Origin: Mobula hypostoma
Taxonomy: Eukaryota
DNA length: 64,000 nt
Assembly: GCF_963921235.1 (NCBI RefSeq)
Contig: NC_086098.1
Location: forward strand, 5,642,001-5,706,000
Direction of reading: 5' to 3'
The position numbers were made by a program, and so were the translations under genes. Below the pieces are notes generated by a model that was not told where the DNA came from, ran no database searches, and saw only the letters and a program-made list of their open reading frames with translations. Shown in pieces: positions 24,673-36,559 of this stretch. Numbering within the stretch: position 1 is the first letter of the stretch; every line of letters begins with the position of its first letter.

Positions 24673-26394
24673 GGGTGCTGGGCGGTGCAGCTCGTTGGAC
24701 AGGAAGGGTCCGTTCTGCACTGAATAAATACATTTTTAAAAATGAGATTTCCATCTACAATAGTTGGCCCTTAGTTATTATTGAGAATAAAACCATGCAT
24801 GATAAGGTACAGACCAGACCACAGTACTGGAACTCGTCTCATTTTTTTTCCATTTACATCATGAGAAGCACAATCTATTAAAGTCAGTTGAGCGTTTTGC
24901 CCAAGTTTTGGTGAACAACCACATGGTAGAGATACAATCTATCAAGTCTCTCCAGTCAAAAGCCTTCATCTCGCAGATTTCCATTCAATTTGAAGAGCAT
25001 ATTTTATATTTTGCCTGGAATTGAAACTCCTTCCAAGCTAAGAGATTCCTGGCATTCTGATCTGTGTGACCGAGTTAGTTGATGGACTATGTGCAGAGGG
25101 AAAGACACTGAAGCAGATTGAACAGTGCACTGAGTTTTAATAACAATTGTATAGACTAACAAATGCTAGGCCAACAGGGCCACTAACTAAAACTCTCAAA
25201 CTAAAATCTAGCACCGACACTGCAGTTCAGAGGCATTAACTTAGTACCAAATTAATACCGCTCCTTTACAGCATCAATCTCACTTGTTAATCTTCTTTCC
25301 TGGAACATAAACTTAGGGAAGCAGTGGGTGTTGGCATCACTGTACTTCAATCAAGACTTGACAAGATTGAAATGAAAGCAAGGGAGTTAAAGTCAATTAC
25401 AAAGAAAATCTAATTGGCTGGAATGTGTGCATTTTCACGTGCATGATTGCCGTCTTCTTTCAGCTGCCCGCCTGCGAGGGCGCCCAGACTCTATGGCAGA
25501 GGCCGTGGTTGTGGTGATATAACACCGAAAGTTAATAAGAAAATGAAAATAAATTACACTGTCATCATAAATCTAAGCTCCTGAAACAGCTCAAATTTTA
25601 ACCCCTTCATTGTTATCTTATCTTTTTATTTCAGGATAAAACCAAGTGGAGGAACTGATTAGGTAAACAAACGTTGAAGTTGGACATTAATCCCTGAACA
25701 AAATGAAGGAATAAAAGGAATAATATTTGCCTTAGTTTGATGATGGATTATATTATTTGCAGGCTTTTCGAAGGACTATAGTCGGATATAAATTGCATTT
25801 TTTTCCCATCTAATTGCAAAGCATGCTGCAGTAAAATTGCTTTTGATGTGTTCATCAGCAGTCAGGTGTGTAGTTCTGAATTTTTATTCTGAATATTGAG
25901 TTTAAACGTTTTCTGGAGGTCAAGAGATTTATTGCTGGCTGCCTGGGAAGCAAGGGAGCAAGATATTGTTGTAGCAGTTAAAATTCTATGTTCTTCTTTA
26001 TAACTTTCAGAATATTGTAAATGATGATGAATGCCCAACAATTTTAATATTGGAGACTGGCTAAGACACAGGGAAGGAGTGAAGTGCAGAGATTGCCCAT
26101 AGAAGTACTTATGGTAGATATTCATGCACAGCTTAGAATGAACCTTTATAACTGATGGTATGCAGGCAATGCAAAGAGAGGGTGTTTCAAGGTATGTGTT
26201 AATAATTTATTATACATGAAGCTCATCAGGCTACGTGATATGTATATAGGTCAACACAATGAAGGTTATCAGAATGATTCTGAAATATTTCTTTACGTAG
26301 TCTAAATCCAGGTGAGGTCAGTGGAGAAGATTGACCTGGCTTTAAATTATGAATCTGTTAGCATAGCACATTTGTAGGGCAATTGGATTCACCA

Positions 26395-27146
26395 CAAACA
26401 ATGAAGATGCGAGGCTGACTCGAGGGCCGAGGTATGCGAGGGTGATGAAAAGTTGGAGCGAGGTTGAGGCATGTCCGAGAAGTGGTCAAAGCGAGGTAAA
26501 GACATGCTCAAGGCAGAATCGGGACATGCAGAGTGGAGAAAAGTCCGAGGGGAGGAGTTTTTGAGTCTGTCCACCCAAAACCGAGTATGAGGTCTGATTG
26601 ACCTAAGCTCAGGGCCGATTTAGAAAGGATGGTTACAGGCCGGAACATGGTAGATGGGTCCAGGCCCAGAGTGTATCAATGGAAAGGGCCTGGGTCTTAG
26701 AGCGAGGAACAAACTGAGATTTGGATGATCTAAATGCTGGGCTGGATGGATTGAAAAGACAGGGTGTCAGGACCAAAGTTGAAGGAGTCAGGCCAATTCT
26801 GCTCACTGCTCCGTGATGTTTGATCCACTTTCTGCTGCACTAAGGCCGAGGCTGTAGGCCTGGTCCGGCTGCTCCAGGCTTCATGCTTGTAAGCTCTGTG
26901 ATGTTTTCCTCCGCTTTGTGATGAATGAGGCTAAGGCAGTGGGCCTGCTCTGGCCTTTCTGGGCTTTATGTCTATTGGCTCACTTTACGCTGAATGCTGT
27001 TGCTTGCATTTACTGTTTGCATGATTTGTGTTTTTTTTCTCTCTCTCTGCATTTGGTGTTTGTTGGTCTTTTTTCAATGGGTTCTTTTGGGTTTCTTGTT
27101 TTATAGCTGCCTGTAAGGAGACAAATCTCAAGGTTGTATAATGCAA
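26395..27146 (+). mobile_element. Unclassified non-coding interspersed repeat, related to the flanks of the 44-bp array (22150-22310, 23790-24035)
   Basis: Shared tcactgctcc and acaaatctcaag...gtatacatacttt 3' segment. Confidence 0.5.
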
Positions 27147-28741
27147 TGTGGTGAGCATTTAGTCTATAATGACAGATGAGGAAGTTTGTTAAACTGAACA
27201 ACCGCTTTATTGTAATAAACTCCAAAACAGACTGAGCGCTATGACCCAGAGAGTGAACCCAACCAGTCTCCTGCAGACAAGGGAGGTGACCATCACCCAC
27301 CCCAGTTACAGTTAGGGTGACCCACAAATATACAAGCAAATAACTGTATAGCCCAAGCTGAAATGAAACAATAAATGAACTGGAACTTCCCACCATAATC
27401 CCACAAAAGCATTTTAATACAGGAATAAATAGTGCTGGTCATTAGAAATGCAGGAGCAGGCTGTCGACCACACCCCCGCCTCGGAGCGTCACACTGCCCG
27501 AGGGTTCAGCCGTCCTTGGCAAACCCAGAGTCCGAAACAAAATCTAAGAGTACAAATTTTCTAATATTGATTGGCATCTCCTTAGAGCAAGGGGTTTAGA
27601 TGAGGTGGAGTTTGTTAGCTGTGTTCAGGAAGGTTTCCTGACACAATATATAGATAAACCAACTAGAGGAGAGGCTGTACTTGATATGACATTGGGAAAT
27701 GAACCTGTTAAGGTATCAGATCTCTCAGTGGGAGAGCATTTTGGAGGTAGTGATCACAACTTGTATCTCCTTTAACATAGCGCTGAAGAGGGATAGGAGC
27801 AGAAAATTTGGGAAAACATTTAAATGGGGTGGGGGAAATATGTTGCTATTAGGCAGGAACTTGGGAACGTAAATTGGGAGCTGATGTTCTCAGGGAAATG
27901 CAAAGACGGTAGGGTGAAGGAGCTATGGCGTACAAAGGATGTAGAAAATCTAGTTAAGAAGAAAAGAAAAGCTTATGAAAGGTTCAAGAAACTCGGTAAT
28001 GTTAGAGCTCTGGAAAATTACAAGGGTGCCAGGAGAAGCTCAAGAATGAAATTAGGAGAGTTAAAAGGGGCCATGAGAAGGCCTTGGTGAGCAGGATTAA
28101 GGAAAAGCCCAAGGCATTCTACAAGTACGTGAAGAGCAAGAGGATGAGCCGTGTGAGAATAGGACCAATCAGGAATGAGAGTGGAAATGTGTGCGTGGAG
28201 CCAGAGGAGGTAGCAGAGATGCTTAATGAATATTTTGCTTCCCTATTCACCAGTGAAAAGGACCTTGACAATTGTGGGGATGACTTAGAGCAGACTGAAA
28301 TGCTTGAGAGTATAGACATTAAGAAAGAGGATGTGCTGGAGCTTTTAAAAGATATTAAGTTAGATAAGTCGCCGGGACTGGACGGGATATACCCCAGGCT
28401 ACTGTAGGAAGCGAGGGAGGAGATTGCTAAACCTCTGGCGATGATCTTTGAGTCATCAATAGGGACAGGATAGGTACCAGAGGATTGGAAGGTTGTAAAC
28501 ATTGTTCCCTTGTTCAAGAAAGGGAGTAGAGATAACCCAGGAAACTACAGACCAGTGAGTCTTACTTCAGTGGTGGGCAAGTTGTTGGAGAAGATCCTGA
28601 GAGATAAGATTTATGAGCATTTGGAGGGGCATAATCTGATTAGGGATAGTCAGCATGGCTTTGACAAGAGCAGGTCTTGCCTTATGAGGTATTTAATCAG
28701 GTGGGCTGTCGACCACACCCTTCCCAGCCCCCAGCTTCACA
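27147..28741 (-). mobile_element. Probable solo LTR with a nested CR1
   Basis: TGTG...CACA termini; ggctgtcgaccacaccc occurs on both sides of the CR1; host repeat resumes at 28742; TSD not clean. Confidence 0.5.
27560..28685 (+). mobile_element. CR1 internal fragment
   Basis: KPKAFYKYVKSK, SPGLDG and NYRPVSLTS. Confidence 0.88.
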
Positions 28742-29426
28742 GTATACATACTTTAATAACAAATGTACTTCGAACTTTAAAATAATTCAAGATAGGTTTA
28801 TTTATCACATGTACATCGAGACATACAGTGAAATGTGCCGTGTGCATTAACAATCAACCCATCAGTGGGTGTGCTGAGGACAGTCCGCAAATGTTGCCAC
28901 ATATTTAGTGGCCAACGTAGCACAGGCAAAATGCTCTGCATACCACAACACCCAACTAAACATCAACTGCAAACCTAGCCCGTTCCTGACTCTCCAGCAC
29001 ACACATACACAGTCCTCTAATTCCAGCACAAACCTCAGCTTCCAGCAGAGTTGGGTTCGTACTCAGCCTCAGGTTCAGACGCAGACTCATTGACATTGAA
29101 GCATTGTCTACCCCAGCAGTCTCACAGAGGCTTGCACGCTCGGTGAGCTAGCCTACAGGCCTTGACTTCCAATTTGACCCTTTCCTCTCAATCCTCAGCA
29201 CTGGCCCCAGGACTCATCAATCACTGAACACTAGGCCACAAAATGCTCACTACAATTATAACTGATGTATAGCCTCCACTGAGGTTGGATTTGACTAGAA
29301 CTACAGGTCGTAGCTAAAGGGTGAAAGGTGAAATGTTTAAAGGAACATGAGGGGGTTCCTCTTCACTCAGGGAGTAGTGATAGTGTGGAAAATGCTGCCA
29401 GAGCAAGTGGTGATTTCAAGATTTCA

Positions 29427-29662
29427 GCACAGAGCGTCATAGGAAGTCATTCCTGCCTGTGGCCATCAAACTTTACAACTCCTCCCTTGGAGGGTCAGAC
29501 ACCCTGAGCCAATAGGCTGGTCCTGGACTTATTTCATAATTTACTGGCATAATTTACATATTACTATTTAACTATTTATGGTTCTATTATTATTTATTAT
29601 TTATGGTGCAATTGTAATGAAAACCAATTTCCCCCGGGATCAATAAAGTATGACTATGACTA
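29427..29662 (+). mobile_element. Young Rex1-type 3' end inserted in an old CR1 3' fragment
   Basis: Near-identical to 47079-47320; (tatgac)n tail. Confidence 0.8.
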
Positions 29663-30774
29663 TTTAAGAGAAATTTGGACAGCTACATGGATGGGAGGAA
29701 TATCTAGGCCTACGATCTGGGTGCAGGTCAATGGGACTAGCAAATTCATAGTTCAGCGTGATCCTAGGGGGCTGCTTCTGCGCTGTGGTGTTCCATGACT
29801 ATCACAACTGATCAGCAGAACTGGTTCCTTACGGTTGTTATAGCTGGGGGTGGTAATGGGGCAAGCTCCCACTACCTACTAAATACTCCCAATGTCCTGT
29901 GTCTCAAATAGCCTCTGACAACCAAGTCCAGCTCCTGGCCTTCACGTGTGGCTTAGCTACTGAGCCTGGCAGAGCTCTTTCTACTGACAGAAGGGGGAAG
30001 GGCAGGTTACTGGTGCCTTACAATCAGTTGCTTTGGGCAGATGGGGCTCATCGCCTTGGAAGGAAAACATTGATCTAAAACCTCCATTGCCTTGCAGCTA
30101 AACCCACTCGTGGGCAAGGCTTCTGGAGTAAATCCTGAAGAAACTTCTGGAGCTAGAATCCCCATGGAGTTGAGTTCAATGCAGACTGGCAACTCCTTGA
30201 TGCCACTGGTGCCGAACCATATTGACCTCTGCAGTTCCTTTGGATTCATCAGCTGCGTAGAGAGGGGGAGCCTGCTACACTGGGCAACAGCTTGTTCTCC
30301 ATATCATACTGCCCTGGCTTATGTATCACGTAGACAGCTGGGATGCAGCATCCATGGTCGATCTCCACCAACAGGATAACCTTAGCTACTGGTTTCTACT
30401 CATTGCATCAAAGGGAACAGATTTAGGTTCAGTTTTGCAACATGCGGTCTAAAGATATTGAATTGTCTTCCCATTTCAGAGGAATATCTAACCGTGTTCC
30501 CTTTGTGAAGCCAACATTTTTTGCCTGTGATTCAGATTTCTCCTGAGTTTAGAAATGATTAGTCTTAATGAAAGCCTGCTGTATTCTTACCCATGCAGCA
30601 GACATAAAGGTCTTGAATTTCTTTGCAGTCAAACAAAGGTATTGAGAGAGTGTTAAATCATGCACAGGAGGGTGGCCAGCTTGGACAAAGGACCAGAACC
30701 ACATCCAGAGCTACTATCCAGTACACTAATTATGACTTCATCAGTAGTATTGTACTGTCGTATATCTAATGATA

Positions 30775-30840
30775 CAGCACTGTACAATAGTCTGAGGCAC
30801 ATATATATAGCTACAGTGCCTGACTTTTGCACTGTAAAGT
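30775..30840. mobile_element. Ultra-short Tc1/mariner-type MITE, degenerate
   Basis: ta cagcactgtacaatagtctgaggcac ... gtgcctgacttttgcactgta. Confidence 0.65.
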
Positions 30841-31392
30841 AGTAATTTTATGTATTGTACTGTACATAAAAAAACACATTTCATGACAAATATGAATGAT
30901 GATAAACCGGATTCTGATATGGGTCTTTATTGTGGACTGAGAGTGGGAAGGGGTCAGGGAGGGGGGAAATCATGGTTGGGAAAAGGGGAAGGGAGAGGGG
31001 AAGGAATGGGAAGCACCAGAGAGACATTCTGTAATGATCAATACACTGATTGTTTTGAACCAAATGTCCTTTCCTGGTGCCTCAGTGCTGGGTGTGTCTG
31101 CAGCTGCGCCACGCCCTGACCTGGCACTCCTTCTCTGCCACCCGTCTCACACTCCTCCTGTGATGCTCCACCTGCGCCATTCCCAACATCTTTTGCTCCC
31201 GCCAGATTTACAAACTCGTTCTCTGCTTCATGTTGGCATCTGGCATAGTTTGCATATTGTTGTTTGATTGTTTGTGGTTTTTGTATTGCTATATTTATGC
31301 TCTATTCTTGGTTGGTGCAGCTGTAACGAAACCCAGTTTCCCTGGGATCAATAAAGGATATCTATCTATCCATCTATCTATCTTGATAAATA

Positions 31393-31459
31393 CAGTCCTG
31401 TTCAAAAGTCTTAGGCACATATAAGTAGGTAGGATGCCTAAGACTTCTGCACAGTTCTG
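31393..31459. mobile_element. Ultra-short (67 bp) Tc1/mariner-type MITE
   Basis: TIRs cagtcctgttcaaaagtcttaggca / tgcctaagacttctgcacagttctg, flanked by TA on both sides. Confidence 0.85.
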
Positions 31460-31939
31460 TATGTCATATATACCCTTTATGCGAACGTGTACGTCAACAG
31501 AACATATTTTTATTATTTGTTAATATTATTGTGTTAATATTATTTTATGTATTGTATGTGAAATGTTTTTTTGCATCTGTTTAGCTGTATAAATGGGGAA
31601 GGTTGAATGACAATAAACTTGAACTTGAACTAGATTTAGCATAATTTCCTATTGGAGCCCACGGTGGACAGTATTTCAGTCCAATCGAAGCATGATTCAT
31701 ATCTCACAGAGAGCAAGGTGTTGGCCTCGATCATACCGCGATTCCAGGAGCATCCCGATTTTATCACTGAAGGAATTCCCATGAATCCTTTTTCCTTTGC
31801 CCACTGATCTGAACACTGAAAGTCACAATAGTCATGACATGTTTGGGGCAGAAGAAGGTTTAGCAAGGTATTTTCATGTTATGAAAGACAATCACGTTAG
31901 CTTCATCAGCCACAAAAGGCACAATTTCCCATTCCTGTT

Positions 31940-32555
31940 CTGAAAAAGGGCATCATTTCCCATTCCCATTCCTGCTCCGACATGTTGGTCCGTGGCCTCC
32001 TCTACTGCCATAATGATGCCACTCTCAGGGTTAAGGAGCAATACCTCATATGCCATTTGGGTCGTCACCAACATTGATTTCTCGAGCTTACAGTAATTTC
32101 TCTTCCTCCCCCTTCTCTCCTTTTTCATTCCCCATTCTGGCTTCCCTCTTACCCTTTCTCATCTTCTCACCTGCCTATCACCTCAGTCTGGCCCCTCTGC
32201 TCTCGCCCTTTCTCTCCTGGTCCACTGTCCTCTCCTTTCAGAATCCTTCTTTTTCAGCTCTTCACCCCTTCCAGATATTACCTCTGACCTTCCTCCTCAC
32301 CCCCTTCCACCACCCACCCACCTTCTCAGTCACCTGGTGTCACCTATCACCTGCCAGCTTGTACCCCTTCCCCTTCCCACACCTTTTTATTCTGGCTTAT
32401 GCCCCCTTCGTTTCAAGTCCTGATGAAGGATCTTAGCCCAAAACTTCAGCTGTTTATATCCCTCCATCGATGCTGCCTGACCTGCTGTGTTCCTTCAGCC
32501 TTCTATGTGTGTGTGCTGCTCTGGATTTCCAGCACCTGCAGAATCTCTTGTGTTT
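31940..32555 (+). mobile_element. Penelope-like element 3' end (GIY-YIG C-terminal remnant, pyrimidine-rich UTR, decayed hammerhead)
   Basis: Translates HSCSDMLVRGLLYCHNDATLRVKEQYLICHLG; ctgatga at 32420. Confidence 0.75.
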
Positions 32556-33011
32556 AGGAAATCACACCCACTTTCCAGAGTTGCTGCACTCCTCTGAAAC
32601 CAGTTGTGTCCCAGTTCCTGCTCTCTCCTGAAAATAACCGGGGCTGCCACATTCCACTGAAACTCACCGGGGCCCAGTCCCTGTCTGTGGTTTCCAGAGA
32701 CTCACTTGGGCCCCAGTTGCCACATTCCCTGGAAACTGTGTTCACTGGAAGGTGTTATATACTCTGTAACACCTAGCCTCAGTAGTATTGAAGACATCTT
32801 CAAGGAGCAATGCCTCAAAAGGGTGGCGTCCATCATTGAGGCCCCTCATGACCTCGGTCATGCCTTGTTCTCATTGCTACCTTCAGAGAGGGGGTACAGA
32901 AAGCACACACTAAACGATTCAGGAACAGCTTCTTCCCCTCTGAAATCCAATTTCTGAATGGACAATGAATGCATGAACACTGCCTCACTATTTTATTTCT
33001 GTTTTTTGCAA

Positions 33012-34757
33012 TCTTCTTCTTCTTCGGCTGTCCATCAATTTCGATGTTGACTGAGGCCTGGGCAAGGATGTATGGAAGACCGGCAGTTGCCCATGTTGCA
33101 TACCCCATAACGGGTTAAAGAACCAGCAGAAATGGAAAACGCCTGGAGTCTGGTATTGCTGTTAACTAAAGCAATTTTATTAGTAACTACGCAATACAGT
33201 AATATAAAACCAGATAAATCAAACAGTTTAACAGAACTTAGGCATATACAGGTGTGTAAATATAGAACCCAAACTTCTCCAAACTTAGGTGGTAAGGGAT
33301 ACAGTCTTACGATGGAATGTAAGATAGTTCAGTTCAATGCTCAGGTTAATTAATGAGAGATATTTGTAATCCAAAAGGGGAACATTGTGAGAAGGCAATT
33401 ACTTTGATATTCCACAGATTCCATGACAGCAATACAAGATAACAATAGTAGTAGGTTTTATCTCCGAAGTTGTTCCACTCCACATACGAAATATCACCGA
33501 CAGTGATCTTCAATGAATATCCTTTCAACACAAGTGGTACCACACCTGAATTCAGCTACGGGTCATCCCAAAGTGGTAGCCACAGGATACTCAAACAGAA
33601 TCCATGTATTGATTATCACCAACAGTAGCTTATCACTGAGGTACCGTCTTCAAGTGGTAAAGCTACCAACCCAGGCAAGGATTATCACACACAGGTAGTT
33701 TCCACACAATGTTATACGAAACACACAACGTGATAGCCACTTATCTAGTTCCACGACATACGAAATAACTCCAACAGTGAATTGCCACAGGGGTGCCTTT
33801 CTTCAGTGAACTACCACACCCAAACAAGGGTAACACACAAGTGGAATTCACAAAGGCACTCCCCTCAGCAGAGAACCCACTCTTGTGGATTAACTACGTG
33901 ACAGTCACACCTTCGTATTCGAATGGAACTCAAACTCACCCTCATGGGCCACAGAGGAGAGAGTCCGAACAGTGACCTCTTTGTCACTAGGTTTCTTTTG
34001 TTTCAAACCTTCCTCTCCTCTCTTCTCTTCCTTTAAAGTCATCGAATGTGACCACAAAAAGGAGACCGTCTTATGTGGTAAAGTTATCAACCCAGGAAGG
34101 GTTGGTCCACACACTGATAACTTCCCACCAGTCACCCCTTTCCCACACTGCAAGAGCCACTGATCGATTCTCCCGATCGATCCTCCAAAAACCTACCCTT
34201 CTGTGGGCACACAAAGCTCATTCAGTGTCCAAAACTATGTGTGTCTGTCTAACAACCAGCTGACCTTGTATTTATCTCAGCATGCTGAACACCAACCATC
34301 CATCAAGTAACGGTGCCCTCGGTCACCATGGCGACCCACGAGCTGCTCGTTGTTCTTTCTCTGTAAGAACTCACAAGCAGGCAGCGTCCTTTGTATAAGT
34401 GTAAACACGCTTTAGAGTTTGTATAAATACCATCTCAAGGCAGGCTTCGTCCCTCTCCCTCTCTGTAATTGCTCAAACAGTGTCCAAAAGTCAGTCTCAT
34501 TCTCCTGACATTTTAAAGAGACAGTCCGCAGAAAATATGAACCCTAGGGGTACATAACACCCATGCTGCAAGTCTCCCCTCTCCACACCACCGATGTTGT
34601 CCAAGGGAAGACACAGCTTGGCACTGGTGTCGTCGCAAAGTAATGGGTGGTTAAGTGCCTTGCTCAAGGACACAACACGCTGCCTCAGCTGAGGCTCGAA
34701 CTAGCGACCTTCAGATCACTAGACCGATGCCTTAACCACTTGGCCATGTACCCACAC
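33012..34757 (-). mobile_element. tRNA-derived SINE split by a solo LTR
   Basis: Minus strand has A box tggccaagtgg, B box gttcgagcc, CORE-like gtccttgagcaaggcacttaacc and a (gaa)n tail. Confidence 0.8.
33094..34559 (-). mobile_element. Solo LTR, 1466 bp
   Basis: TGTT...AACA termini with imperfect IR tgttgcatacccc / ggggtacataaca; 4-bp TSD ccca (33090-33093, 34560-34563); minus-strand AATAAA near 33178. Confidence 0.85.
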
Positions 34758-34764
34758 ATAAGTT

Positions 34765-35064
34765 ATACATTTCTTGTTACATGCATGTGCAGTTAAACTC
34801 TTTGAATGATTATGCAGAAAGTTTGAAGTTAATAACTCATCTCCTTCTACCTTAGGCCACGAACTTATCAATCACCCCTGCCGTGGACCACTTTCTGGAG
34901 GTCCAAGACGTCGACTTCTACAAAGAAGGGATCCGTATACTCCTCGACTGCTGGACTAAGTGTGTAAATGTAGGAGGGGACTATGTTGAAAAATAAATGT
35001 GCTAGGTTTTCTAAAATTGACTCCTTCTACCTTAGGCCACGAATTTATCAATCACCCCCCCCCG
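34765..35064 (+). mobile_element. Mariner non-autonomous relic with transposase C-terminus
   Basis: 34883-34996 encodes VDHFLEVQDVDFYKEGIRILLDCWTKCVNVGGDYVEK*; TIR ends ...atcaatcacccccccccg followed by TA. Confidence 0.85.
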
Positions 35065-35074
35065 TATATACTGA

Positions 35075-35890
35075 GGGAGGAGCTTAGGAGGATGATGGTG
35101 CCTAACGACGACTCCTTTACTTGCATCTTTGGAAACAGCTCTATTTCTACCTTTGATATCTCTTTTTTCCCCTTTCAGGGTTCTTTTGAGGACCCTGACC
35201 TGGTGTTACTTGCTGACTTTGGTTCTTTGTGGAAGTGGGACCCGCTCTCAGGGCCTCTTGACTGGCTGTTTTTCGATATGCCAAGGATGTGGCCTGGAAG
35301 ACTAGCGCACCTTCAGGGTGCTGGATTTTTGTGGCTCTGGAGAGGGGCTGATTCGAGGCCAGTGCCACTGCCTGATGTGTTGTGGGAATACATGGAAGAT
35401 CGAAAGAAGCGAGCTGGCTGCTGGCTGTGTGTCCAGAGACCCGAGTTCTTTGGGCACAGAGCTTGGAAAAAATGATACAATAGACTTTTAACACCAAAAT
35501 CACCAGATTTTTTTGTTATGTCTCGCCTCTTGCTGTGAAATAGTGACACCTCTTTTTCCCTTATTTGGGAGATAGAGAGCCTGTGGCATGTTGAATACTG
35601 GGTAAACAAGTAGTCTTTGGGGTACTGCAAGTCTGTGTCTTTATTGATGCTTTTCTGCACCTTTGAGTGCTCAGTGGGGGGTGCTGATGCTTTTTTGCTC
35701 ATGGGGGGGCCTTTGTTTTGTTGCTGCTTATGTGTGGGAGGAGGGAGTTGGGGAAACTTTGGAGTTCTAAGAGTTAACTGTCACTCATTCTTTGGGGCAC
35801 TCCTCTGTTATCGTGGATGTTTGTGAAGAAAAAGAATTTGGGGATGTATATGTCATCCATTTCTCTGACATTAAATGTACCTATTGAAAC
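35075..35890 (+). mobile_element. Unclassified interspersed repeat, related to 48880-49545
   Basis: Shared ttgctgtgaaat.g.gac block and similar 3' ends. Confidence 0.45.
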
Positions 35891-36559
35891 TTATGTATAT
35901 TTACTGTAATCACAACTTTTTTGCTATTATTATGTATCGCATTGTACCGCTTCCGCCAAGTCAACAAATTCCATGACATTTGCCGGTGATATTAAACCTG
36001 ATCCTGATTTTGAATTAGAAGTGGGTTGGGATATTAATACAGAAATTATTCTATAGTCCATTAAAATTTCTGAGTCCATCACCTCAAAGTCCCAAATGTG
36101 CTGCATTATTGGTGTTTTGGATGTTATGTGCTACTGACCCTGAGCCCTTTCAAAGAATGTTACATAATGAATCATATAAAGGATTTCTTTGTGAAATGAA
36201 ACCCTTGAGTTAAAGTGATGGTGGCTGTATGAAGACAAGGCTGACAGCAATGTTTAATATGGCTGTAATTGCTTCTCAGACTGCAGAATACTTTCTCCAA
36301 TGCCTGGATGCAAATGCATCCACAATTATAATTATTTTAATGAAATAATTTCTACTAAATTACCATAAATATTCATTTGCATATCACTATTTTCAAAAAT
36401 GTCAATGAATCAGTCCATCCAGGACAGAATTTAAAAGGAAAATGAATAATTGTTTCAATGTGTTTTCTCATACAAGTGAAAATAGTAAATTGGAGGTTTG
36501 TTGAGAGGAGATTTATTGGACAAAATAAATCAATATAATTCCGGCACCTAGCCAAATAA

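Noticed and set aside
25462..25490. CTCF site in the GC-rich patch
   Set aside because: Several mismatches to the core consensus on both strands
26168..26192. Small exon ending at AAG/GTATGT
   Set aside because: No pyrimidine tract at the acceptor and no recognisable peptide
29900..30010. HDV-like ribozyme suggested by a TTCACGT loop at 29941-29947
   Set aside because: No P3 helix (gcc/gtg) or P1 could be built by eye; it would need a descriptor search
34690..34757. tRNA gene
   Set aside because: The A/B boxes belong to a SINE head that continues into a SINE core
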